Below are positions 15,171 through 29,203 of a stretch of DNA of 64,000 nt, piece by piece. Position numbers and translations under genes: made by a program. The first letter of the stretch is position 1, and each line of letters starts with the position of its first letter. This stretch comes from the human T2T-CHM13v2.0 reference genome, Homo sapiens, in assembly GCF_009914755.1 (NCBI RefSeq), contig NC_060942.1. One strand, given 5' to 3'. The notes beneath the pieces were generated by a model. The model made no database searches and was not told the DNA's origin. It saw only the letters and a list, made by a program, of their open reading frames with translations.

Positions 15171-15511
15171 AAGTTACTCCGTATGAACTTTAGATTTTTA
15201 GAGGGGAGTGAGGTGTCATTTAAAAGGATAATGCTTTTGCTTAAATCAGCATACTGCTTTTACCTTAATTAGTGGTGTTCTCCAGAGCATATAAAAATGG
15301 TTCCATTTAATGGCTTTGTAACGGGGGAGGTGGGGGGAAGTGAAACAGGAGTAACCCAGAAGTGTGAATGGGAGGAGAAACTGGAACCTGGCCTAGCCTG
15401 GTTTGACTGGATGAGTGATTAACAGGAGTTGCTTTTTAGCCCATCTCTGATGGTGGAACAATCTGATCCCTGTTTCCTCTCTTTTAGTGAAAGTCGTAAC
15501 TTAGATAATTA

Positions 15512-15835
15512 CAGTCATATGTTGCTTAAGGATGGGGATACATTCCAAGAAAATGCATTGTTAGGCGATTCGTTGTTGTGTGCACATCCTGAGCTGCGCT
15601 CACACAAACCTGGATGGTACAGCCTCCTACATACCTAGGCTATATGGTGTAGCCTATTGCTCCTAGGCTACAAACCCGTACATGTACCTTTACTGGATGC
15701 TGTAGGCAGTTGTAACACAGTGGTAGGTATTTGTGTATCTAAACATATCTAGACAGAAAATGAATTTTTTAGCTCCATTATAATCTTTTGGGACCACCGC
15801 TGTTGTTGATGGAAATGTTATGTGGCACGTGACTA
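15512..15835. mobile_element. TcMar-Tigger DNA transposon (Tigger3a/MER7-like)
   Basis: TA|CAGTCA...TGACTA|TA termini; internal ctaggctatatggtgtagcctattgctcctaggctacaaacc. Confidence 0.8.
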
Positions 15836-17345
15836 TATTTTTGAGTGACTTTAGCTACAATGCCACTGGTTAATTTGACTACAAGAGAATAATATTAATG
15901 AGAATGTACCACAGTGAGCTTGGGATTTGTGGCATTTAATAACCAGGAACCCAGATGAAAATCACCACATGTAGCATATTGTCCTGCTAAATAGGATTTC
16001 CTTTAATGTGAACAGGTAGCTTCCCTGCGTACATTTTTGGCAACAGGTGGATGACAGTGTTATTTATTAACACTGATAAACGCCTCTCCAGCGTGCTCAT
16101 GGGCTCCATCTTACTTGAGGCTCCTCCAAATGAGTGCCTCAGCAGAAAGATCCGAGCTGGCTGGGAGGTATATAACCATTCCATGCTCTGTGGCTAGTGT
16201 TTGAAGAGGAGGAAGAGGGCACTTGAGAAGGCAGTGGTTGGATGTCCCACCCACATAGAAATCACATTTGCAACTTGCAGTGCCCTGCGATTTCATCACC
16301 CTGCACAGCAACAGCCACTTTTGAACAGTTGCCACGCTTGGTGTCGTGGTGGATAAAGTCACCTCTCTGTTGAGAAATCACTTTGAAAGCCTATACCAAG
16401 GAAACAATGCTCTTTACCTGCAGCATGTCAATGCACAGGCGTTTGTCTGGCATGTAGACACGAGGCTGTAGTAGGGTCCTGTCACTCCACAGCTGTGACT
16501 CTGAGGCACTTCATGTCCCCGCAGTTTTGAATTTGCTCCGTACAGCTGTGTGCTTTCTGCTGCGGAAAGCCAATTATAAAAGTCCCAATACCAGAATCAA
16601 TTTTCCATTGTATTCATTGTGACTAACAAAAAGAGTCTGAGGATGTGTTTTCACCTCTATCTGTGAGTGGGGCGGAAGTTGCTGGGTGTCACACATGGAA
16701 GTGGGGTGAGAGCATGCGCGCTGGAGCCTGTGTGGCCTCTTGGTCAGGTGCTTGTGGAGGTTTAGCTGATGCCCTTTGGCTGTTTCTGGACTAAGATCAT
16801 CAACTTTCTTAAACTGAATCTGGTTTTCCTTGGGCTCTGTCGTCTGTGTTGTGGGTTTGTGGTGGTGGACACAGGATGTGACATTCTTGCTGGGATCCCT
16901 GAAGTGACTATATCCTCTGCAATAACAGAAAGTGAAACTTATCTTTGTGCTTTAAGAGTGTAAAAATTTTTATTAAAGTACCAGTAAAACTAAAAGTGCC
17001 TACTTTTAGTTTTCACTGTATTTTCTTCAACTCAGGCCCTCCCTCTGTTGTTACCTGCCATCTGACACGGAATTTTGTGTAATTTTCCTTCCAAGTAAAG
17101 AAGGGAAGTTTAGCCCCAGCCTCTAACTGGTTCCCAAAGTTTTTGTCTCTGAAGCCGCAGTCACTTCCTGGAGCGTCTCTGGCTGGGTGTTGCAGTGCTG
17201 GCTGGGAGGGTGGGGCAACAATTTACAATTCTGAACACGTGCTTTCTGGGCAGGTCGCCCCTCAGTCTCCACTAGAGACAGGACTGACCAGTTGCTCTTC
17301 CTTCCAAGAACCTTCGAGATCTGCGGTCTGGGGTCTGGTTGAAAG

Positions 17346-17405
17346 ATGGCGGCCCTCACTACCCTGTTTAAGTACATAGATGAAAATCAGGATCGCTACA
17401 TTAAG
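17346..17405 (+). CDS. CNDP2: CNDP2 exon 2 coding part, aa 1-20 (exon starts ~17254 after ttctgggcag)
   Basis: aagATGG strong Kozak; MAALTTLFKYIDENQDRYIK; donor AAG|gtaagg. Confidence 0.97.
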
Positions 17406-18038
17406 GTAAGGGAATATTCATTTTAGGAAACAGTAAAATCTGATTTAATCCCATGGGGCCCAGAGAAGTTGTCAAGAGCTAATATGAATTATGCCATTTA
17501 AATCCAGGGTTAGAAGATCTGCCTAGAGATCTGTTCATTAGCTTCTTATTATGGCATAGGTTACACTTTTGGTTTTTGACAAAGTGTTAATGTATGTTTC
17601 TAAGAATAGCAAATCTAATTGAAATTTTTGTTTCATCTCCATCAACAATTTCTTGTGATAGTTACAGATTAAATAGTTTGCATTAAGTATGTTCTAAGTA
17701 ATTCAATAGTTATATATTAATCTGTTTCTTGATGTTAACTTAGAGCATTATGTTTTAAAGTTATTCTTCGTACATACATTACGGATGAAATCTTTAGAAT
17801 TCTCATGCTAAAATTATACTTTAGAAAATTTGGCCATTGTCGGGATGATAAATAAGCTAATTTGGACTGTGGCAACATTGGGTATTTTCTGTATCTTTCA
17901 GTTGTAATTTAGTCACATTCAGATAAAAACTTATTTACGGAACCTGGTACATTTTACATTTACTTCCTCCTTAATTGTTAAAAATAAACCATGTGACATT
18001 TTTCTTTTGTACTCTAGTTCTTGGTACAGGGTTAGTAC

Positions 18039-18517
18039 TGTAGCAGGACAAGCCACAGACAAAACCTCTCAGACACCGAGTTGTAGAAGGAAGGGCTTTA
18101 TTCAGCTGGGAGCATCGGCAAGCTACTGCCTTAAAATCCGAGCTCCCTGAGTGCACAATTTCTGTCCCTTTTAAGGGCTCACAGCACTAAAGATTTCACA
18201 TGAAAGGGTCGTGATTGATTTGAGCAAGCAGGCAGTACGTGACAGGGGCTGTATGCACCGGTGGTCAGAGAGAAACAGAACAGGGCAGGGAATTTCACAG
18301 TGTTCTTTTATACAATGTCTGGAATCTATGAATAACATCGGTTTTTAAGTCATGAGTTGATTTTTAACTACTAGGTTTAGGCCAGGCAGGCCCGGGTCCG
18401 GTTTTGGGCCTGGCGCCGGGCTGCCTGTCTTTGATTTCACTTCCTTGTTTTTTTTTTGTTTGTTTTTAAACAGGTACTGAGTGTAAAACAATATGAGAGG
18501 GTCTCTCTCTTCCCTCA
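18039..18517 (-). mobile_element. ERV1 solo LTR (LTR15-like), antisense in CNDP2 intron 2
   Basis: TG...CA termini, 4-bp TSD GTAC (18035-18038, 18518-18521), minus-strand AATAAA at 18097-18102; minus strand begins TGAGGGAAGAGAGAGACCCTCTCATATTG. Confidence 0.85.
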
Positions 18518-18700
18518 GTACAAACAGTTTTTAAAATCTTTAACCCAAAGCACACGTGATGGGTCTGTCCTATTTCCAATCAGCCTGTTCAACTGCAGCA
18601 GCCACAGAGGGTGAGCCTGGAATGTGGCAACGTTACGGGAGCCTCTTCTCCCTCAAGGACACCTTTTCAGAATCCCTCGTTGCTTCTTGTCCACAAACAG

Positions 18701-18844
18701 AAACTCGCAAAATGGGTGGCTATCCAGAGTGTGTCTGCGTGGCCGGAGAAGAGAGGCGAAATCAGGAGGATGATGGAAGTTGCTGCTGCAGATGTTAAGC
18801 AGTTGGGGGGCTCTGTGGAACTGGTGGATATCGGAAAACAAAAG
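18701..18844 (+). CDS. CNDP2: CNDP2 exon 3, aa 21-68
   Basis: acaaacag|AAA; [48 protein letters not shown]; AAG|gtagga. Confidence 0.97.
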
Positions 18845-19164
18845 GTAGGAGGCAACATTCTTTGCATTGCAGGACCGTAGACAGATTCTGCCTGAGGGGT
18901 TGACAAGACGCCACAAGTTCTTAAAAGATCTTTTGCTTCACATACCCCACTCACCTTTAAAACAAAAAAGGAAGGGCCTGATTTGGATGGTAAGTTCTGT
19001 ACGTGACTGCTTCAGTTGGATTGGGGCAAAGGTTTTGTGGCACTCAGCATTTTTCTCCAGGAAGGAGAACTGCTGACAGTTACTCAGGACTAAGTTAATG
19101 TAACAGTCATTCTGAGAGAATGGCTGAGATTCCCCTCCCAGCAATCCATAAGCTTTCAAACTAG

Positions 19165-19547
<383 letters not shown>

Positions 19548-19655
19548 TTTTCATAAGAGATATTTTGTGTGGGGGTCTGTTGTTTTTCAGTGCAGGATTC
19601 TGACAGGTGAGAATGGTTTGTTTTCTTGCTAAATGAACAGACTCACTTTGTGGTA

Positions 19656-19805
19656 CAGTAAGTACTCACGTCATCCATAGGTTCTTAGAAACTGCAACTT
19701 TAAGCAAGACAACATACAACAACAGGTCCTTGAATAAGGTAGTTTTGTTCACTTAAAGTCACAGTTTCTAAAAGCCTATCCATGAAGTTGAGTGAGGACT
19801 TACTG
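19656..19805. mobile_element. Tigger-family MITE (MER82-like)
   Basis: Terminal inverted repeats CAGTAAGTACTCAC / GTGAGGACTTACTG, preceded by TA. Confidence 0.75.
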
Positions 19806-21120
19806 TGTGTGTGTATATATATGTGTGTTTTTTTTGTCTTTTTGGTTTTTTTTTTTGTCGGGATGGGGTTTCACCATGTTTCCAGGCTGGTCTCAAACTT
19901 CTAGTCTCAAGCGATTTACCTGCCTTGGCATCCCAAATTGTCACGCCACCATACCCGGCCTCTTACTGTATGTTATTTCACTAGTTTATTTCAAATGATT
20001 TCAGCCTTATGTTAATTGCATGTTTCATGCCATATATTTTCAAAGTTTGTAATATTCTTTTATATTCTTTGATCTAATGATAAGCTATGGCTTATCTCGG
20101 TTCTTTGGCCTGATGATTTGGGTGTCAATCTGAAATCACAGCACTAGAAGCTTGAGTGTGGCCATTCAGTTCAGCGCATTCGTTTCATCAGAGGGAGAGA
20201 GTGGAGGCCAGGCAGCTCTGTCCACTGGGAGCCCACAGGAGGCTCATGCAGAGCAGGTTCATGCCCAGGCCTCCTGATTCCCCAGGCAGTGCTATTCATT
20301 TGAGGTTTTCTTCTGAAAACAAATTTAATAATTGACTTAGGGTATATTATAGCTTCCCACCAATTTTCCCCCCATCTTTGGGAGACTAAACCAAGTTTCT
20401 TCATGTTGTTTCTTTTTAGGGTCAGACTCACCTTGCTCCCTTTCGTTTTTTTTTTTTTTCCTAATATATTGAAAAATCTAGGTGAGGTAAATCATTTTTA
20501 GGAGTTGTTTCATTACAATAGTTATATTTACTTCGTTGATCACTGACATTGCTGTGCAATTCTTAAGAAAGGGCCTTTCATAAAAAACTAAATTACTGTT
20601 ATACTATTTTGAATTACATAACACTGATTTTTATCAAGGAATTGAAATATTTCATCACTGGTGGAATCTTCTGCAGAGATGCTTGCGGTGTGGGGTGACC
20701 ACACATCTTCTGTTCTCTTCCCGCATGTCCATGTGGCAGTGGTGTTCTGTTTTTCAGAGTGATGATGACTTGATGCAGGGGTGAAGGTGGAAGTGGGTGT
20801 TTTCCTGTGTCAGTGCAGAAGTCAGAGTATTTTCAGCTGATGAAGGAAAGGTGATGTTGGGCGTTTCAGAACAATTTTACCTGTGGGCCAAAGCAGTTTC
20901 TCAGAAAATGCCTAAGTATTTCAGAGGAGCCCTATTGAACAGGAATTTATGTAGAGAAAATCTGTGGTCATTTGAAAATCATTTTTCTGCTCAGGCAAGC
21001 TGAGGGCCAGCTGGGACTGCCAAAGCCATGGGTTCCCTGGGACCAGAGCAGAGAGATTTCAGCCACAATTCTTTGTCCCTGGTGGGTACAGGCTGTCCTG
21101 GTGAGAACTGAGGCACAGAT

Positions 21121-21822
21121 ACAGCCACAGTGACGCTGGGACAAATGAGGGGCGTCAGGCCATACACTGCACACGCAGCCACAGTGCCGCTGGGACAAAT
21201 GAGGGGCGTCAGGCCACACACCACACACGCAGCCACACTGCCACTGGGACAAATGAGGGGCGTCAGGCCACACGCCACACACGCAGCCACACTGCCGCTG
21301 GGACAAATGATGGGCGTCAGGCCATACACTGCACACGCAGCCACACTGCCGCTGGGACAAATGAGGGGCGTCAGGCCATACACTGCACACGCAGCCACAC
21401 TGCCGCTGGGACAAATGAGGGGCGTCAGGCCATACACTGCACACGCAGCCACACTGCTGCTGGGACAAATGATGGGCGTCAGGCCATACACTGCACACGC
21501 AGCCACAGTGCCGCTGGGACAAATGAGGGGCGTCAGGCCACACGCCACACACGCAGCCACACTGCCGCTGGGACAAATGAGGGGCGTCAGGCCATACACT
21601 GCACACGCAGCCACACTGCCACTGGGACAAATGAGGGGCGTCAGGCCACACGCCACACACGCAGCCACAGTGCCGCTGGGACAAATGATGGGCGTCAGGC
21701 CATACACTGCACACGCAGCCACACTGCCACTGGGACAAATGAGGGGCGTCAGGCCATACACTGCACACGCAGCCACACTGCCGCTGGGACAAATGAGGGG
21801 CATCAGGCCACACGCAGCACAC
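21121..21822. repeat. VNTR, 13 x 54 bp, CNDP2 intron 3
   Basis: Unit GCAGCCACACTGCCGCTGGGACAAATGAGGGGCGTCAGGCCATACACTGCACAC; 18-aa periodicity in the ORF track. Confidence 0.97.
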
Positions 21823-22744
21823 TAGCAGCCTTCAGGTTGCAGGGGTTACTTAAATTACTGGGAACACAAATCCTGGATCCCATAAGAATCCCAGCCACCT
21901 GCCCAGTTTCGTAAAGTGCTTGTACACTTAGAGCTGGAGGCCCTGCAGTTTGGAAGGGACACTTTTCTCAGCCTATCACCAGCACTGTCCTGATCCAGTT
22001 GTCATTTCAGTGACTGCTCATTTTACCTCTTAATTGCAAACTGTTAATTTAACTTCATTATCAATTTAGTTTTTGTGTTGTGTCTGTTAATACCTATTTT
22101 CATGAACAGTATTTTCTAGCAACTAGACTAATATATATGTATGTCATGTTTTAGTATGAACAGTCTCTTCCTCCTACAGCTAAAAGCATCTCCTGCCACT
22201 TGCTTGTGACACTTTGTGATGATCATGGGGTATTTTCCTATTGGAATATAGGCACTGGTAGAGGAGCTACATGGCCACAGGAGTTTTGCACAGCCTGAGT
22301 AGGCCATAGTCTAAAGTAAAAGGTGGAGACCACTGACCTGATGTGAAAACTGGAAAAGACCTAAGATTGATTTGCCTCCATTTAGATGCAGGGGTGGGCT
22401 GGGATGCCTGTCCCATTCTCCATTCCTATGGGATTGTGGAATATTGGTAGTGCTTCTGGGACAAAGCTCAGAAGGCGTACCTGCTATCACTAACTTTTTA
22501 GAATGGCTAAATGTGAATTTAGGTATAAAGATTTTTTTATATATATCTTGGTTTATGGCATTTTCCATGCATAATTGTAATCAATGTACAGAATTTCAAA
22601 AATACCTCTTCTGATTTAAGATTATAGTTTATTTTAACCATCATTTCAGAAAATAATAAACTAAGTTGCATCCCGAACTCAGCCTGCGTGTTTTGTTATA
22701 TAAAAGTCAAAGAAAAACCAGCCTTTAAGAATTTACCAAATCCA

Positions 22745-23118
<374 letters not shown>

Positions 23119-23275
23119 TTAGTGACTCCATTGAACAGTGTGCTCTTAAACTCTACAATAGAGGTTGATTGATAAGGACAGATAAGGAAGCTCAAGGTCT
23201 TTTAATAATCTCCACCTTAAGCACTGAATTTCTTAAACAAAGGCTGTCCTTGGTTCCTTTCCTCTCCATGCTCAG

Positions 23276-23438
23276 CTCCCTGATGGCTCGGAGATCCCGC
23301 TCCCTCCTATTCTGCTCGGCAGGCTGGGCTCCGACCCACAGAAGAAGACCGTGTGCATTTACGGGCACCTGGATGTGCAGCCTGCAGCCCTGGAGGACGG
23401 CTGGGACAGCGAGCCCTTCACCCTGGTGGAGCGAGACG
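23276..23438 (+). CDS. CNDP2: CNDP2 exon 4 (contains the GHLDV motif, H99/D101)
   Basis: ctcag|CTC; [55 protein letters not shown]; G|gtgagc. Confidence 0.97.
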
Positions 23439-23574
23439 GTGAGCGCCGCGCGCCTATGCGTGCCCAGAGGAAAGGCACTGACTTTTGGAAAGTCATTGCT
23501 AGTCCGTTTTTCTGTTTCCAGTACAGACTGTTTTTATTTTATTTTATTTATTTTATTACTTTTTAAAAATCTTT

Positions 23575-23860
23575 TTTTGAGACAGAGTCTCACTCTGTAG
23601 CTCAGGCTGGAGGGCAATGGCAAGATCTCAATTCACTGCAACCTCCGCCTCCCGGGGTTCAAGCGATTCTCCTGCCTCAGCCTCCCCAGTAGCTGGGATT
23701 ACGGGCGCCCATCACCACGCCTGGCTAGTTTTTTTATTTTTAGTAGAGACGGGGTTTCACCATGCTGGCCAGGCTGGTCTTGATCTCCTGACCTCAAGTG
23801 ATCCCCCCCACCTCAGCCTCCCAAAGTGCTGGGATTACAGGCTTGAGCCACCACGCCGGG
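23575..23860 (-). mobile_element. Alu downstream of exon 4
   Basis: Reverse Alu consensus; ACAGACTGTTTTTA on both flanks. Confidence 0.95.
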
Positions 23861-26266
23861 CACAGACTGTTTTTAACGTAAGCTAGAAATGGAGGTTTCT
23901 TACAGGTGCCTCTGTTGCTGAACTTCCAGAAAGCCTGCCTTTTCCTGTGCAAATGAGCCCCCCGTGGCTGGCGTCTGCCAGGCTTCCTCTACTGCTGATG
24001 CTTTTTCTCAGAATGCACATTTGGAATCCAGGCAGGGCCTTCCTGAAAAGCCTGTCCCCTTGTCCCCCTCCCCGGCCCTTACCAACAGCTGCTTCTGCGG
24101 TATATGTTAGTGGCCTCCTTCACCCTGGCTGCCCCAGTGGGGGTGGCGATGTCCCTGTTATTCACCAAGTGCTTCCGTGGGCCTGGCACCTGCAGGCCTT
24201 TTGAGGCCCGTGCTATGAGGGACCCCGCAGGCCAGCCTCTTTTCTTCCTGTTCCTTCTGGTGTAAAGGCCTTCTGCTTTCATTTCTGAATTTCCACATGT
24301 GCCTGCACGGGAGGCTTTGACCAGATGAGGAATCCTCCCACCCTCATGCTGGGCCCCTCTGGGCTAAGTTCCAGGCTCTTCTCATCGAAGCCCTTCCAAC
24401 TGGATCATTGCATCTGTGTTCAAACCTTTCCTGGCCCAGTGTCAGTTGTGTTCATTACTGTGCAAAACTGAAACTGACTTTACTTAAAGCAACATTTTTT
24501 ATGAGATGTAATTCCATGTCATTGTCCTTGTCACGGTGGAATTACTAACTTGCGGTGGATTGTAGGATTAACCCTCTCTGTGCACTTGGGCGCCCCTCCA
24601 GCGTCAGACCCACCTGTCTGCTTGGCCGTGCCCTCACTCCTGGAACTCGCTCTCTCTGGACAGAAGTCTTTGTCTTTGCTCCTTGTCCGCTGTCTTACAG
24701 TCTCCGCGGATGGCACCATCTCTCTGCCACCTGCACTGGGAACTGGGTCCCCATCCCTGCCAGGCTCTCCTCTGGGACCACTGCCCTTCCCATGTTGAAA
24801 GCTCCCTGTCCCCCTCACCCACTCCGTGGCTGGGTCCTGCTCTCCACTTCTGGGCCTTCACGGTGCCACTCCTTTTCTGGGCTGCTCCCAGAATGACCTC
24901 AACATGCCACTTCTCTTCTTGACTCCTCTTGGGGGACTCAGGATGGCACAGAGGGTCCCTCCCCTCACCTGCCTTCTGCCTGCCCCTTCTCCCACCTGTA
25001 CCCAGCCACACGGGACCACGTGCAGCCCCCAGGAGCCTGTGCTGCTCAAAACTGCACCTGGGCACCTGCGCGGGCGTCAGCCCCATCACCGCTGCCTCGT
25101 CCTCTGTGAGGCCTGCCTCCAGCCATCCTCTTAGCCCTCCCTGTCCCAGTCTCAGTAGGCTCCTGACTGTCAAGGAACCTAGAAGAGCACCTGTACTGTG
25201 GGAAAACTTCACTCACTGCCAGCCGCCCGGCCTCCCTCTCCTTGTCAGGGAGCCCTGGAGGGTGGGGGCAGGTCACATTTGTCGGCAGCTCTGAGCCAGC
25301 ACCGTGCCAGCCGCTGTAGTTGTTCAGTGTTTGTTGTAGGGATAAGGATTGTTGTTTTAGAAAAGCTTATATTTGATCTTCAGTTTTTGTGAAAAGTTGG
25401 GTTTCATTCGTCAAAGGAAATTCCCCAGGTGGTGATGACTTTCAGCCTCATACTACCTTGGGCTGGGGCCTGCTGAGGCTGCGGGACCTGGGAAGCAGGC
25501 TGAGCCCCGGGAGGTCAGGAGACTGGCCACGCAGACCCAGGCCCACGAGAAGGCCACGCCTTGAGGACGGCTCCCTCCTCTGGTTCCATGAGGCCGGGAC
25601 TGCGTGGCAGAGGATGGAGGAGGCGTGGGGCCTTGTCTTCAAGTTGTCGCTTGTGTTGTCAGCTTCCCCAGAAGCAATTGTGGTGAGGGGCCGCTGTGAC
25701 TGATGACGCTGATTAGAAGCAGCGTCTTGTCTGTAGTTTTCAGAGTGATAACTACAGAAAGAAAGAAGCAGAGGTTAAATGATAAACATGTTCTTTGTTT
25801 TTTTATCAAATTAGGTGTCACAATTGGGTGGGGGTGAGATTATGGTTCTTTTTTGACAACGGTGCCTTGAGGTTCCTAAGTGACTGGGCTTCCTGTCCCC
25901 ATTGCTCCCCGCTGCTTCTGGTAAATGGGTTTTAATGAACTAAGCAGCTGGCTGCGACTCCCTGGAGTTAGACTGGAGGTCTCCACCCTGACCCAGCAGG
26001 AAGCCATGCCCCCACCTGACCACCGTGACCACGGTGGGAGAAGGAAGGGGTTCTTGGGAGCATCCACGTGGCTTATCTCTTTGATGATGCCAAATTCTCT
26101 GACAAATTTAACGATAGTGTTGGGTGGAAATTGGGGGCTCCTGATCGGAAGGGGAAGCCTCTCTCGTGTTTGCTTGGCTAAGGGGTTATCAGATGTGCAC
26201 CTGAGACACGCTGCTTCTGGGTTCCTTGTAATCATCACTTTATGAATTTGTGGATTGCTGTTCTAG

Positions 26267-26355
26267 GCAAGCTGTATGGGAGAGGTTCGACTGATGATAA
26301 GGGCCCGGTGGCCGGCTGGATAAACGCCCTGGAAGCGTATCAGAAAACAGGCCAG
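26267..26355 (+). CDS. CNDP2: CNDP2 exon 5 (GRGSTDDKG motif, D132)
   Basis: ttctag|GC; [30 protein letters not shown]; CAG|gtatgc. Confidence 0.97.
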
Positions 26356-26769
26356 GTATGCCCCCCACGCTGACTTCTGCCTGAGTCCTGGGTTCCATCT
26401 GAGCCATACAAAGACAGGCTCTCTGTTCACACAACAGCTTATAAAGCTCACAGGAAAAGATAAGACAAGCGTCCCCCAGCCCTTATCAGCACAGATGACT
26501 CGGATGTAAGAGTATAGGTTTGTTTTCCAGCTTTAGGAAACATTCAAAGTGTAATTGTTTTACAGCTGCTTAAAGGTCACAATATTGGCGACTCAGCGTG
26601 ATTTTTGCCACCGCATGAAATGTGACTTTTCAGTCCCTGCCTGTCTCTGTGAGTGTGGTCCCTTGCCAGAACATAGTGCAGGCTCTGTCACATCACACAG
26701 GCCCCTCACTGTCTCTGTGTGGTTTACGTCCTCCTAAAAATAAATTCTGATTTTTAAAATGTATTCTCT

Positions 26770-27109
<340 letters not shown>

Positions 27110-28236
27110 TCAAAGTTTGCTAAAAAACGGACAAGTAGAGAGAAAAATACTTGCCTAGAATCCAAAGACAGTATTTTGAAATCTACCAAGATTTTCTGTT
27201 GCTTTTTTCCTAGTTGTGATCATGCTGTATAGACATCTTTGCATCTTGCTTTTATCTTGTATCATGGTGACATAAGAATAAGATAAGCATTTTTGTCAAA
27301 GCATGGAATGTTAGGTCTGAAAAGGGTCTTAGCCCTGCTGGTCCGGGGCATTACTTTACATGGTGGGGAGGTGACACCCAGAACCACCTGGCCTGGTGCG
27401 GCCGAGCCTGCATGCTGGGCGGGAACTAGGAAGCCTCCCCAACCTCTGGCCCCGTGGAGCCCTCAGCCTCAGCTGCAGTGGAGGCACCTCGGGCTCTGGG
27501 GCAACCAAGTGTGACAGGTGGCTGTGCACGGGCAGAGGTCCTGTGGAAGATTTCATGTGACGGGCAGAAGAGGAGGAGGAGGCAGGGGAGGAAGCACATC
27601 CATGAACAGGGCTGTCTGGGGGCAGCCTGGGTGGTCGTGAAATAGGACTCAGTGGCCTTGAGTCCTCATTTAGGCCCTGATGTTCTTTAGCCTGCCTGGC
27701 CTTTGGCAAATCGCCAGCTTCACGCACAACCTCATTTTTCACCTTTGGGTGTGGGGGTCAGAGTCGGGAGAGCACCTGCAAAGCCACAATGATCCAGACA
27801 CACGGCAAGGTGGGCACATTCCCATCAGGCTCCTCGGGGAGAGCAGCGCTTCTGTGCCCGGGAGCAGCGAAGGTCACACAGGAGGACCCGCACCTCCTCG
27901 TGTCGGTGGCTCCGCTGGTATAATCAGGACTCACGTGGTGTTCCTCGTGTCGTGGCCCTTATTGCAGAGGGAGCAGCACAGGCTTTCCTGGAAGCTCCCC
28001 TCGGTCATGTGGGGTGACTCCAGAGAGCCCCACCTTGCGAGACTGGACCAGTCCAAGTGGCCTGGAGCCACAGCGGCCTGGCAGTACCTGGGGAGGGGGT
28101 GATGACAGGTGCACACGGAGGCCCATGTGGTCTGTCTGGAGAATGCCGGAGATGTGAAATATGTAATCCTGAGTGTGGCTTCTAGAAGGAAGGTTCGCAA
28201 AGCTGAATATCCACTCGTGCTGTTCCCTTCTCACAG

Positions 28237-28437
28237 GAGATTCCTGTCAACGTCCGATTCTGCCTCGAAGGCATGGAGGAGTCAGGCTCTGAGGGCCTAG
28301 ACGAGCTGATTTTTGCCCGGAAAGACACATTCTTTAAGGATGTGGACTATGTCTGCATTTCTGACAATTACTGGCTGGGAAAGAAGAAGCCCTGCATCAC
28401 CTACGGCCTCAGGGGCATTTGCTACTTTTTCATCGAG
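28237..28437 (+). CDS. CNDP2: CNDP2 exon 6 (EGMEESGS motif E166/E167; D195)
   Basis: tcacag|GAG; [67 protein letters not shown]; GAG|gtacag. Confidence 0.97.
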
Positions 28438-28848
28438 GTACAGTGCCAAGCTGTACGGGTCACTTCTTTCTAACCCCTGAATCTCCCGGTTCTCCCAAAC
28501 GCAAAGTAGACAAGGACCCAGAAGTCAGGTGCACAGGAAGGAGAAGCACAGGGCTCTCTTAGTGCCCCAATTCCCAGCTTCCATAAACCACCGTCCTATA
28601 CCAGGGTGGACAGCAACACTTCCAGTGATCAGAAGTTAATCTCACAGCAGCATCAAGGTAGGACAGTGTGATTTGTAATGTTGCTTTGGAGCGGCTGAGA
28701 GGAGATTAAATGCTAGTTCATTTCAGAAGATGCAAACACATACAAAGCATTTTAGAAACACTTCCTTTTGAAGGTGGAAATATTTATATGTTAGCACTTA
28801 GGCTCCTTATCCCATGACTAAGTGACGCACGGGAAAAAGAGAAACCGA

Positions 28849-29203
<355 letters not shown>

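Noticed and set aside
20968-21825. Long ORFs (231-284 aa) on both strands, including a Cys-rich CxCxC metallothionein-like repeat protein
   Set aside because: They are the 54-bp VNTR (a multiple of 3 with no stop in some frames); no promoter, splice or poly(A) support, and it lies within CNDP2 intron 3
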